From NCBI GenBank assembly GCA_902464565.1, contig CABQJV010000006.1:27839-91838 (forward strand): a stretch of 64,000 nt of DNA. Reading direction: 5' to 3'. Position numbers and translations under genes: made by a program. Below, one piece after another: positions 49,032 through 57,825 of this stretch (the first letter of the stretch is position 1; the number at the start of each line of letters is the position of its first letter). The stretch comes from an uncultured Collinsella sp. (GTDB taxonomy: Bacteria > Actinomycetota > Coriobacteriia > Coriobacteriales > Coriobacteriaceae). The notes beneath the pieces are model-generated. The model did no database searches, was not told the origin of the DNA, and worked only from the letters and a program-made list of their open reading frames with translations.

Positions 49032-49257
49032 TTCGCACGATATTGCTCTGGACCGACCGAGTTTCCGCAGCTTGCTCGCCCACAGGGGGCCGCGCGCGGC
49101 CTGTGAGATTTATCGCGAGTTCCGCACGAGCCGAAGAGCACTTAATGTGCTCTTCGTGCGAGCAGGACTGTAGAGCAGGAAATCTCACTGGCCACGCCCG
49201 GCCCCCTGTGGGCGAGCAAGCGGACGACAAACACATCTGTCCAACAATTCGTGCGAA
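49032..49257. repeat. 226-nt rod-shaped palindromic element, family C copy 1
   Basis: Nested stems including a perfect 23-bp GCTTGCTCGCCCACAGGGGGCCG/CGGCCCCCTGTGGGCGAGCAAGC; core shared with 60648-60702. Confidence 0.85.
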
Positions 49258-49359
49258 ACATAATGAAAAACCGTTTGATGTGAGTTAATATAAACAACGT
49301 CGTGAATCTGACTCCTGCCGCATGCACGACAGGGGTTAAACACAAAAAAGGAGTCAATT

Positions 49360-49623
49360 ATGGTTTCTGAGAAGGCTACCCTCGTCAATCCGCAGGGTCT
49401 TCACATGCGTCCGGCCGGCCTCTTCGCCTCCACCATGGGCAAGTACGCTTGCGACGTGACGGTCGTTACCCCCGAGAAGGAGGTCAACGGCAAGTCCCCG
49501 ATGGCTCTCATGGCTGCTGGTATCCCCTGCGGCACCGAGGTCGAGGTCAAGTGCGACGGCGCTGACGAGGCCGAGGCTCTGGCTGCTGCCATCGAGCTCA
49601 TCAAGAGCGGTCTTGGCGAGTAG
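49360..49623 (+). CDS. ptsH: Phosphocarrier protein HPr
   Basis: NPQGLHMRPA (His15), VNGKS (Ser46), GADEAEA. Confidence 0.95.
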   Translation: MVSEKATLVNPQGLHMRPAGLFASTMGKYACDVTVVTPEKEVNGKSPMALMAAGIPCGTEVEVKCDGADEAEALAAAIELIKSGLGE

Positions 49624-49664
49624 AACTCAAACGGGTCGCATGTTGAACAACTAAGTTCATATTT

Positions 49665-49705
49665 GGGGGCGCAGTGACCTGTTGTAAGGTAACTGCGCTC
49701 TTTTG
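49665..49705 (+). terminator. Terminator between ptsH and ptsI
   Basis: GGGCGCAGTGACCT-gttgta-AGGTAACTGCGCTC followed by TTTT. Confidence 0.65.
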
Positions 49706-49756
49706 TCATGGATATGGCAAAACGCTTTATCACATGACACGGAGAGAGGAATGGGA

Positions 49757-51460
49757 ATGTATCAGGGAGTCAACGCTTCCGAGGGCATCGGTATCGGCAC
49801 CGTCATGGTCGCCGTCGATCCCGACTTGACGTTTGAGCCGCACGAGGTTGCTGATTCGGCAGCAGAGAAGGAGCGCTATCAGTCCGCTCTTTCGGTCTTC
49901 TGCGAGAAGACCCAGGCTCAGGCCGACCACATGAAGGAGACGGTGGGCGAGGCCGAGGCCGAGATCATGAGCGGACACATTGTCCTGGCTCAGGACCCGG
50001 GCATGACCGACGCCATCAACGCCGCCATTGACGGCGGCACCTGCGCCGAGCAGGCGCTCATGGACACCTCGACCATGTTCGAGAACATGTTCCTGTCCAT
50101 GGACGACGAGATGTTCCGTCTGCGCGCGGCCGACATCGCCGACATCCGTACCGGTATTCTGGCCGAGCTGCTGGGCAAGGAGGTCGTCGACCTCTCCGTC
50201 CTGCCCGAGAACACCGTCGTTGTCGTGCACGACCTCACGCCGTCCATGACCGCCACGATCGATAAGGCCCACGTTGCCGGTATCGTCACCGAGACCGGTG
50301 GCCGCACGTCGCACTCCGCGATCATCGCGCGTGCCCTTGAGATCCCGGCTGTCCTTTCGGTTTCCAACAGCTGCACCGCGCTGCGTAACGGTATGACCGT
50401 TGTCGTCGACGGTGGCAAGGGTATCGTCGAGGCCGATCCCGACGAGGAGACGCTCGCCGCCTACACCGCCAAGGCCGAGGCCTTCGCTGCCGAGAAGGCA
50501 GCCCTCGAGGCCTTCCGTGGCAAGCCGTCCGTGACTGCCGATGGCATCAAGAAGATCATCGCCTGCAACATCGGTAACCCCGATGACGTGCCCAACGCGC
50601 TCGATCACGACGCCGAGGCCATCGGTCTGTTCCGCTCCGAGTTCCTGTTCATGGACTCTGCTGAGCTTCCTTCCGAGGAGGAGCAGTTCAACGCCTACCG
50701 TAAGGTCGCCAGCGCGCTCAAGGGTGCTCCGGTCATCATCCGCACGCTCGATGTGGGTGGCGACAAGGAGATTCCGTATCTGCATATGGTCAAGGAAGAC
50801 AACCCCTTCATGGGCTTCCGCGCCGTGCGTTACTGCCTGGCCAATCCCGACCAGTACAAGGTCCAGCTCCGCGCTCTGCTGCGCGCTAGCGCCTTCGGTG
50901 ACGTCAAGATCATGATCCCGCTCGTCACCTGCGTCGAGGAGGTCTTGGCTGTCAAGGAGCTCGTCGAGCAGTGCAAGGCCGAGCTGACCGAAGAGGGTCG
51001 CAAGTTCAACGAGAACATCGAGGTCGGCATCATGGTTGAGACGCCTGCCGCTTCGCTGCTCGCAGACCGTCTTGCCGAGGTTGCCGACTTCTTCTCCATC
51101 GGCACCAACGACCTGATCGGCTACACCATGTGCGCCGACCGTGGCAACGACACCATCTCCAACCTGTACCAGGTTTACTATCCCGCCGTGCTCCGCTCGC
51201 TCAAGAACATCATCGAGAGCGGCGTGAAGGCCGGCATCATGGTCGGTATGTGCGGCGAGGCCGCTGCCGATCCGCTGCTCGAGCCGCTGCTGATCAGCTG
51301 GGGCCTGGAGGAGTTCTCGATGAGCGCTCCGTCGATCCTGCGCGCCCGCAAGACCATCAGCCAGTGGACCAAGGCCGAGTGCGACGAGCTCGCCGAGAAG
51401 GCGCTCGCCTGCAACACCGCCGCCGAGGTCAAGGCACTGCTCGAGTCCGCAGCTCGCTAA
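49757..51460 (+). CDS. ptsI: PTS enzyme I (alternative start 49751)
   Basis: GGRTSHSAIIAR, IGLFRSEF, IRTLDVGGDK, NPFMGFRAVR, SIGTNDL, GMCGE. Confidence 0.97.
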   Translation: MYQGVNASEGIGIGTVMVAVDPDLTFEPHEVADSAAEKERYQSALSVFCEKTQAQADHMKETVGEAEAEIMSGHIVLAQDPGMTDAINAAIDGGTCAEQALMDTSTMFENMFLSMDDEMFRLRAADIADIRTGILAELLGKEVVDLSVLPENTVVVVHDLTPSMTATIDKAHVAGIVTETGGRTSHSAIIARALEIPAVLSVSNSCTALRNGMTVVVDGGKGIVEADPDEETLAAYTAKAEAFAAEKAALEAFRGKPSVTADGIKKIIACNIGNPDDVPNALDHDAEAIGLFRSEFLFMDSAELPSEEEQFNAYRKVASALKGAPVIIRTLDVGGDKEIPYLHMVKEDNPFMGFRAVRYCLANPDQYKVQLRALLRASAFGDVKIMIPLVTCVEEVLAVKELVEQCKAELTEEGRKFNENIEVGIMVETPAASLLADRLAEVADFFSIGTNDLIGYTMCADRGNDTISNLYQVYYPAVLRSLKNIIESGVKAGIMVGMCGEAAADPLLEPLLISWGLEEFSMSAPSILRARKTISQWTKAECDELAEKALACNTAAEVKALLESAAR

Positions 51461-51534
51461 TTTGGTATCAGAGGTAACCGCGTGGTTGGAATGGGCCGGC
51501 CACGCGGCCCTCACATATACAGGGGGTACTGTAA

Positions 51535-52467
51535 ATGTTCTACACGCTAACCGCTAACCCGGCTGTCGACATGACGGTTTCGAGCGCTCCGCTCGAGCCC
51601 GACGAGAACGTCCGCACCGGCTCGGCCAGCTACACGGCTAACGGCAAGGGCCTCGACGTGTCCTTCGCCTTTAAGAAGATGGGCGTCGACACCGTCGCGC
51701 TCGGCTTCTTCGCCGGCTTCACGGGCAAGTTTATCGTCGAGGAGGTCATGAACCTGGGTTGCCTGTGCCGCCCGGTCTGGACCGACGGTATCACGCGCAT
51801 CAACACCTACGTCAACGATGGCCAGCACGAGTACGGCATCCTGAACCCCGGCGCCCCGATTACGCCGCAGCACCAGGAGGAGCTCTACAACATCCTGGAC
51901 ACCGCGGGCGATCTTGAGTGCCTGATCGTCTCCGGCTCCGTGCCTCCCAAAGCTACGCCCGACTTCCTGGCTAAGGTCATGGAGCACGCTCAGGCTCGTG
52001 GCGCCGACGTCGTCTTGGACCTGTCCTCCGACAAGCTCAAGGAGCTCGCTCACAAGAAGCCGCTGCTCATCAAGCCGAACCATCACGAGATGAAGGCCAT
52101 CTTCGGCGTGCCGGTCGACACCGACGACGAGGTTCGCGTCGCCATGAAGATGGCTCACGACGCTGGCGTTCAGAACGTGCTGCTCACCCGTGGTAGCCGC
52201 GGCGACGCTTACTTCTCCAACGGCGAGGACATCTGGTACGCCAAGCGTGAGTTCAACATCAAGCTGGTTTCTTCCGTCTGCGCCGGCGACTGCACCCTCG
52301 CTGCGTTCCTGCACAAGTGGTACAGGGATCGCGACAACGTCGAGGAGGCCATGAAGCTCGCTATGGCCACCGGCGCCAACGTTGCCGAGTCCGTCGGCAT
52401 CGGCGACTTCGGTCACGTCGACGAGTACAGCAAGCGCGTTGCTGTCCGCAAGCTCGATCGTCAGTAA
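51535..52467 (+). CDS. 1-phosphofructokinase family hexose kinase, paralog 1
   Basis: YTLTANPAVD, GKG, TRIN, SGSVP, LIKPN..E, AGD. Confidence 0.92.
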   Translation: MFYTLTANPAVDMTVSSAPLEPDENVRTGSASYTANGKGLDVSFAFKKMGVDTVALGFFAGFTGKFIVEEVMNLGCLCRPVWTDGITRINTYVNDGQHEYGILNPGAPITPQHQEELYNILDTAGDLECLIVSGSVPPKATPDFLAKVMEHAQARGADVVLDLSSDKLKELAHKKPLLIKPNHHEMKAIFGVPVDTDDEVRVAMKMAHDAGVQNVLLTRGSRGDAYFSNGEDIWYAKREFNIKLVSSVCAGDCTLAAFLHKWYRDRDNVEEAMKLAMATGANVAESVGIGDFGHVDEYSKRVAVRKLDRQ

Positions 52468-52495
52468 TCGAAACGCGACATATTCGTGCGCATGC

Positions 52496-52530
52496 GGCGC
52501 CCCGGTTTCGGCCGGGGCGCCTTTTTTGTT
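52496..52530 (+). terminator. Intrinsic terminator between the two kinase paralogs
   Basis: GGCGCCCCGGT-ttcg-GCCGGGGCGCC then TTTTTTGTT. Confidence 0.85.
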
Positions 52531-52656
52531 CCGCCATGGGGGAGACGTGTCCCGCCGTACTTCATCGCTTCCACACCGTTCACCGAGTTGTCCTAGCCTT
52601 TTGTCTATGCGTGGAATATACTTTCATTAACACGTTGCTTCGTGAAAGGAACATTC

Positions 52657-53589
52657 ATGATTTACACGCTCACTGCAAATCCCGCCATTGACTACAACAT
52701 CGCCTGCGACGGTCTTGACGCCAACACCGTCACGCGTACCCGCAACGCCGTCTACACGCCCAACGGCAAGGGCCTCAACGTCTCGTTTACGCTTGACCAC
52801 TACGGTGTCGACACCACGATCCTGGGCTTTTTCGCCGGTTTCTCGGGCGAGTTCATCGTTAAGGGCGCCGAGGCCCTGGGCGTGCCCGTCAAGCCTGTGT
52901 GGACCGACGGCATCACGCGCGTCAACGTGTTCCTTAATGCCGGCCCCGACACTGAGTACAACATGGTCAACGCTGGTGCCGCCATCAACGAGGCCAATGA
53001 GCAGGAGATGTTTGAGCTCATCGATTCGCTCGATGACATGACCTGCCTGGTTATCAGCGGCTCGCTGCCTCCCAACACTTCCGAGGGCTTCCTGGCCGAG
53101 GTCCTGCGCCGCGTCAAGGCCAAGGGGGCCGAGTTCGTCCTAGACATCTCGAGCCATCAGCTAGCAGACCTCATTGCCATGGAGCCGCTGCTGATTAAGC
53201 CCAACGACGACGAGCTACTCGATATCTTTGGCATTAAGGTGAGCGGTGGCGACGACGAGTCCGTCAAGGGCGCGATGGCCGAGCTGCACGCCAAGGGCGC
53301 CAAGAACGTGCTGCTGACCCTCGGTGGCGACGGCGCGTACTTCTCCAACGGCGAGCATATCTGGTTTGCCAACCGCACCTTCGACGTCAAGCTGCTGTCG
53401 ACGGTGTGCGCCGGCGATTCCTCGCTCGCTGCCTTCCTGTCCGTGTGGCACGACGCCCCCGAGCGCGTCGAGGACGCCCTGCGCCTTTCGATGGCTACTG
53501 GCGCCAACGTGGTCGAGTGCCCTGGTTTGGGTGATTTTGCCAAGGTGGACGAATATAAGAAGCACATCGAGGTTCGCCAGGTCTGCTAG
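52657..53589 (+). CDS. 1-phosphofructokinase family hexose kinase, paralog 2
   Basis: IYTLTANPAID, GKGLNVS, TRVN, SGSLP, LIKPNDDE, AGDS; GAAAGGA RBS. Confidence 0.92.
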   Translation: MIYTLTANPAIDYNIACDGLDANTVTRTRNAVYTPNGKGLNVSFTLDHYGVDTTILGFFAGFSGEFIVKGAEALGVPVKPVWTDGITRVNVFLNAGPDTEYNMVNAGAAINEANEQEMFELIDSLDDMTCLVISGSLPPNTSEGFLAEVLRRVKAKGAEFVLDISSHQLADLIAMEPLLIKPNDDELLDIFGIKVSGGDDESVKGAMAELHAKGAKNVLLTLGGDGAYFSNGEHIWFANRTFDVKLLSTVCAGDSSLAAFLSVWHDAPERVEDALRLSMATGANVVECPGLGDFAKVDEYKKHIEVRQVC

Positions 53590-53622
53590 TTCCGGCACCT
53601 TGTCTGAATAGTTTGATTATTT

Positions 53623-53660
53623 CGCATCCGTCTTAGACTAGGACGGATGCGTTTTTGTTT
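53623..53660 (+). terminator. Intrinsic terminator after kinase paralog 2
   Basis: CGCATCCGTCT...AGGACGGATGCG then TTTTTGTTT. Confidence 0.75.
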
Positions 53661-53753
53661 ATCGGACTTGCGTGTGCAGCGGAGGCTGTTTCTTGCTAGA
53701 CTTCTTGCAGACGCAATCGATAGCCAATTTGATAGTCTCAGGAGGCCATAGGC

Positions 53754-55148
53754 ATGTGCAATGTTTCGCTCAACGGTACGCAACCGTCTGATGCCTCCCT
53801 GCGCGTCCTGCGCGCGCTTGAGGCGGCTGGTCTTGAGGCTTGGTACGTGGGCGGTTGGGTGCGCGACGCCCTGATGGGGTGCCCCAGCCACGATGTTGAT
53901 ATGTGCTGTAGCGGCCTGTGGCAGGAGTCTAAATCGGCGCTCGAGGCCGCTGGTATCGCGGTCGTGGAGTCGGGCATTAAATTTGGCGGAATCACGGCTA
54001 TTTCCGATGGCGAGCGTATTGAGGTCACAACGTACCGTCTGGATGGCTTTTACACCGATGGGCGCCATCCTCAGAGTGTCGAGCGTGCCGCCTCGCTCGA
54101 GGATGATCTGGCGCGCCGCGACTTTACCGTCAACGCCATGGCCTGGCATCCCGAGCGCGGGCTTGTCGACCGCTACGACGGCCAGGGTGATCTGGAGCGC
54201 AAGCTGATTCGCGCTGTCGGTGATCCCAAGCGTCGCTTTAACGAGGACGCCCTGCGCATGCTGCGTGCGGTGCGCTTTGCCTGCCGTCTGGACTTTATGA
54301 TTGAGCCCGAGACTAAGCGTGCGCTTGCCGAGTGCGCGCCGCTGCTCGATGCCGTGGCGCGCGAGCGTGTGGGTATTGAGCTCGAGGGCATTCTTTCGAC
54401 CGGTCATGGGGGGGACGCGATGCTTCGCTATCCCGAGCTCATCTGTGCCGCTGTGCCCGAGTTGGCAGCGGGTCGCGGGTTTGATCAGCGAAGTGTCTAC
54501 CATGCGTTTAACGTCTACGAGCATATCTCCCGTGTGCTGACAGTGGCAGGGGAGTTGGCGCTGTGCGACGGCGTCGCGCCATCGTCGAGCCTTATGTGGG
54601 CGGCGTTTTTGCACGATGTCTCCAAGCCCGAGTGCTTTACGGTCGATCACGCCGGCAGCGGACACTTCTACGGTCATCCCGAGCTCGGCGCCAAGAAAGC
54701 GCGCGTCATTATGGATCGCCTGGCTCTCTCGCACGACCTGGTGCGCGACGTGTGCCTGCTCATCAAATATCACGACAAACCGCTGCGTCCCGAGCGATCC
54801 TGCCTGCTCAATATGATGTGTGCGCTTTCTGGCGAGGGCGTCGACACGGCCCGTCTGATTGACGAGCTCATGGACCTTAAGCGTGCTGACACGCTCGGCA
54901 AGGCCCCGTCGTGCTTCTATTACGTTGAGACGATTGAGGAGATGCGCGCGATGGCGCACGAGCTGCTGAAGGCAGGGGAGCCCTATACGCTCAAGATGCT
55001 CGCCATCAACGGCGGCGACCTGATCCGTGTCGGAGTCAAGCCCGGGCCGGAACTGGGTCAGCTTCTCAACTCCGCCCTCGACGCCGTGATCGAAGACAAC
55101 ATTCCCAACGAGCGCGAAGCTCTTTTGCTCCATCTCAACTTGAATTAG
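53754..55148 (+). CDS. cca: CCA tRNA nucleotidyltransferase with HD domain
   Basis: VGGWVRD, DVD, flexible loop R.D..Y.DGRHP, DLARRDFTVNAMA, EDALRMLRAVRF, LHDVSK. Confidence 0.9.
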   Translation: MCNVSLNGTQPSDASLRVLRALEAAGLEAWYVGGWVRDALMGCPSHDVDMCCSGLWQESKSALEAAGIAVVESGIKFGGITAISDGERIEVTTYRLDGFYTDGRHPQSVERAASLEDDLARRDFTVNAMAWHPERGLVDRYDGQGDLERKLIRAVGDPKRRFNEDALRMLRAVRFACRLDFMIEPETKRALAECAPLLDAVARERVGIELEGILSTGHGGDAMLRYPELICAAVPELAAGRGFDQRSVYHAFNVYEHISRVLTVAGELALCDGVAPSSSLMWAAFLHDVSKPECFTVDHAGSGHFYGHPELGAKKARVIMDRLALSHDLVRDVCLLIKYHDKPLRPERSCLLNMMCALSGEGVDTARLIDELMDLKRADTLGKAPSCFYYVETIEEMRAMAHELLKAGEPYTLKMLAINGGDLIRVGVKPGPELGQLLNSALDAVIEDNIPNEREALLLHLNLN

Positions 55149-55212
55149 CTACCAAGTTTACCTGCGTGTTCCATAACCTGCCGACAATTTTTCGGCAATT
55201 TGGAATTTCTTC

Positions 55213-55241
55213 TTGCGCTGACGTTTTTTGTCCCGTAATAT
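55213..55241 (+). promoter_or_regulatory. Putative sigma70 promoter of the tRNA pair
   Basis: TTGCGC-17 nt-TAATAT, 34 nt upstream of the first tRNA. Confidence 0.55.
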
Positions 55242-55275
55242 GTTTCCTCGCAGCACGGCAGTGCAGATGTCATGT

Positions 55276-55352
55276 GGCCCGTTCGTCTAGCGGTTTAGGA
55301 CGCCGCCCTCTCAAGGCGGAGATCACCAGTTCGAATCTGGTACGGGCTACCA
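55276..55352 (+). tRNA. tRNA-Glu(CTC), copy 1
   Basis: GGCCCGT acceptor stem, anticodon arm CCGCC-CTCTCAA-GGCGG, TTCGAAT T-loop, encoded CCA. Confidence 0.97.
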
Positions 55353-55374
55353 CTTCTTTTCTGCTGAGGCTTAT

Positions 55375-55451
55375 GGCCCGTTCGTCTAGCGGTTTAGGAC
55401 GCCGCCCTCTCAAGGCGGAGATCACCAGTTCGAATCTGGTACGGGCTACCA
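55375..55451 (+). tRNA. tRNA-Glu(CTC), copy 2
   Basis: Identical 77-nt copy starting after a 22-nt spacer. Confidence 0.97.
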
Positions 55452-55461
55452 CGCATCTGAT

Positions 55462-55498
55462 ACCCGGACTTCCCATGGAATGCCGGGTTTTTTATTTT
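55462..55498 (+). terminator. Terminator after the tRNAs
   Basis: ACCCGG..TTCC-at-GGAA..CCGGGT then TTTTTATTTT. Confidence 0.7.
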
Positions 55499-55601
55499 CA
55501 AACAACCGTCTGCAATTCCCGTTTGAACCAGAGCTTTGCGTTCTGCCTATGGCCCTTACGGGTACAATATCCAAGATATTTTGACTGTTAGAAGGAGTCT
55601 C

Positions 55602-56909
55602 ATGACGGAGTCCTCTCAGCATACGTCTAAACCCCAGGTCGAGGTTGAGGTCTCGGGCGGCGATGACAATAAGAGCGCACGCCGCGGCGCCATCTTTATC
55701 GGCGTCGTGCTGGTTGGTTATATCGTCTATCTGGTGGTAACCGGGCAGATGGGGCAGTTCTGGGCCGCTATGTCGAGCGTCCAGGCGCCATGGCTCGTTG
55801 TTGCGTGTCTCTGCATGTTCATGTATCTGTTCTTTGGCATTGTGGCCTATGCGATCGCCGTCTGGCTCGACCCCGATTCACCCGTCGGCATCCGCGACCT
55901 GATCTCGGTCGAGGCGAGTGGCATCTTCTTTGGCAACCTGACGCCTATGATGATGGGCTCGACTCCCGCCCAGATCTACCGCCTGACCAAAGCGGGCCAA
56001 AATGTCGGCGAGGCCGGAGCAACGCAGTTCACGCGCTTTATCGTGTACCAGTTTGGCCTCGTTGCCTGGGGCGCTATCCTACTGCTTGCTCGCATGCCGT
56101 TTTTTGCCGAGCGCTATGGCGACATGACGTTGCTGTGCGTCTTTAGCTTTGGTGGGCACTGCTGCATCTTGCTGGGCATCTTCGCCGTCGCGCTCATGCC
56201 TAAGACCGTCACGCGCGTCGCCCATTGCATCATCAATTGGCTTGAGCGCATTGGTGTCTCGGCCACTAAGATCGAGGGATGGCGCACGTTTGTCGATGGC
56301 GAGATCTACTCCTTCTCCGAGAAGTTCAAGCTTTCAGCCGGACATTTTTCTTCCATGCTGCTCACCGTGTTTATCACCATGCTGCAGCTCGCGTTTTTCT
56401 ATCTGGTTCCGTATTTCCTGATGCTTGCTTTTGGCCATCACGAGGTCGACTTTTTCTCGGTCATGGCCGCGAGCGCCTTTGTCCAGCTGCTGAGCTCTGC
56501 GGTTCCCTTGCCCGGTGGAACTGGTGGCGCTGAGGGCGGCTTTGCATTGTTCTTGGGTCATTTCTTTGGGTCGGCTTCGACCGCCGGCTATCTGCTGTGG
56601 CGCCTCATTACGTTTATTGCGCCGACCATTTTGGCTGCGCCCCTGCTGGGCCTTAAGAGTGCCCACAACGAGAGCATCCATGCGCGCTGGGATCGCGTGA
56701 TGCGCAAGCTCGGTCGCACGCCTCAAACGCCCTCTGCGCCCACAAAGCCCCACCCCACGAATGCTGTTACCGTTGATCCCAAGAAGCAGGCTCAGAAGGC
56801 TTCTGGGACCGCTAAGCCGGCTCATAAAGCCTATGTGCGCCAGACAGGCGACGGTATTCGCGTATCTCCGTCGGCACTCAATAAGAAGAAGCACCCTAAG
56901 TCGCAGTAG
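55602..56909 (+). CDS. Lysylphosphatidylglycerol synthase TM-domain (UPF0104 flippase-like) protein
   Basis: FF..LTP, PLPGGTGGAEG, LLWRLITF motifs; multi-TM; basic C-terminal tail. Confidence 0.88.
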   Translation: MTESSQHTSKPQVEVEVSGGDDNKSARRGAIFIGVVLVGYIVYLVVTGQMGQFWAAMSSVQAPWLVVACLCMFMYLFFGIVAYAIAVWLDPDSPVGIRDLISVEASGIFFGNLTPMMMGSTPAQIYRLTKAGQNVGEAGATQFTRFIVYQFGLVAWGAILLLARMPFFAERYGDMTLLCVFSFGGHCCILLGIFAVALMPKTVTRVAHCIINWLERIGVSATKIEGWRTFVDGEIYSFSEKFKLSAGHFSSMLLTVFITMLQLAFFYLVPYFLMLAFGHHEVDFFSVMAASAFVQLLSSAVPLPGGTGGAEGGFALFLGHFFGSASTAGYLLWRLITFIAPTILAAPLLGLKSAHNESIHARWDRVMRKLGRTPQTPSAPTKPHPTNAVTVDPKKQAQKASGTAKPAHKAYVRQTGDGIRVSPSALNKKKHPKSQ

Positions 56910-57025
56910 GGCAGTCGTGCGTTCTTCATGATGCGGGGCATATTTGTGCTGTATGGGGGATAATCCTCTTACGTAGATTATCTCTCATCTGTTGATGAAT
57001 GCTCGCATATCGAAGGGACACGCCC

Positions 57026-57637
57026 ATGGCAACCAGCAAACCGCGTCTTGATCGTCGCATCATTCGCAGCCGTAATGCCATCCTTTCGGCTTTCGAGCGC
57101 CTGCTCATGGAAAAGCCGCTGGCAGACATTACGGTGAGTGCCATCGCGCGCGAGGCCAATGTCGACCGCAAGACCTTTTACGTTCACTTTGGTACGGTTG
57201 ACGGCCTGCTCGATGCCATTGCCGTCGATGTGGTGGAGATGATTGTCGACTCGGTCGAGAAAACGCTTGCTTCTATGGACGGTGACACCAGCGAGCGCGC
57301 CCTGGGCGCGGCGGCGACCTTCTTTAAAACCGTTAATGAGGCACTGTGCAACAACTTAGTGCTCAATCGTCAGCTGATCGAGAATATTCCGCTCGATGAT
57401 TTCATGGCTCGTCTTCGTGCGCCGCTCGAACATGAGATTGCCGAGCGCGATCTGCTGCCCCAAGGTCTCAAGGACGAGATGTTCGACTATTATCTGGCGT
57501 TTTTGCTGTCGGGTATTATCGGTATCTATCGCACGTGGGCGCTGTCTGACGGCTCGGTTCCTATCGAGCGCGTCTCGGAGGTCGCCAACGACCTGACTCT
57601 CAACGGCCTGTCGAGCCTGGAATCTCGCTTCGAATAG
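57026..57637 (+). CDS. TetR/AcrR family transcriptional regulator
   Basis: DRRIIRSR.AI, ITVSAIAREANVDRKTFYVHF HTH. Confidence 0.93.
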   Translation: MATSKPRLDRRIIRSRNAILSAFERLLMEKPLADITVSAIAREANVDRKTFYVHFGTVDGLLDAIAVDVVEMIVDSVEKTLASMDGDTSERALGAAATFFKTVNEALCNNLVLNRQLIENIPLDDFMARLRAPLEHEIAERDLLPQGLKDEMFDYYLAFLLSGIIGIYRTWALSDGSVPIERVSEVANDLTLNGLSSLESRFE

Positions 57638-57661
57638 CATCGATAATTCAACAACTTAAAG

Positions 57662-57730
57662 AAGTTGCGGTGGAATAGGGATTGTTTTGGTTATTGGAAG
57701 GCCGATCTAGTCGCTATTTCACCGCAACTT
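57662..57730. repeat. Inverted-repeat element, family B copy 2 (inverted relative to copy 1)
   Basis: AAGTTGCGGTGGAATAG ... CTATTTCACCGCAACTT; 69 bp, the same span as 48895-48963. Confidence 0.85.
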
Positions 57731-57751
57731 AGTAAAACTGTTTTGATGGTA

Positions 57752-57794
57752 AGGCGGAGCAGCCTCGAAGATGAGCCTCGAGACTGCTCCGCTT
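57752..57794. terminator. Hairpin between the convergent tetR and radical SAM genes
   Basis: GCGGAGCAGCCTCGA ... TCGAGACTGCTCCGC. Confidence 0.6.
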
Positions 57795-57825
57795 CATTTC
57801 TGAGCGTTTGTCGTGTAGGGCGGCA

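Noticed and set aside
48894..49257. CRISPR-like array from clustered repeats
   Set aside because: The repeats are inverted, not direct with regular spacers, and no cas genes are present.
48997..49388. Small mirrored ORFs on both strands (ACSPTGGRA)
   Set aside because: Artefact of translating the palindromic family C element; no RBS support.
53754..55148. Split CC-adding or A-adding enzyme, or poly(A) polymerase
   Set aside because: The flexible loop and EDxxR templating motif are intact, consistent with an ordinary CCA-adding enzyme.
55166..55591. 141-aa ORF with an internal duplication; possible att site at the tRNAs
   Set aside because: The duplication is two complete tRNA-Glu genes; there is no integrase or partial tRNA 3' repeat in the window.
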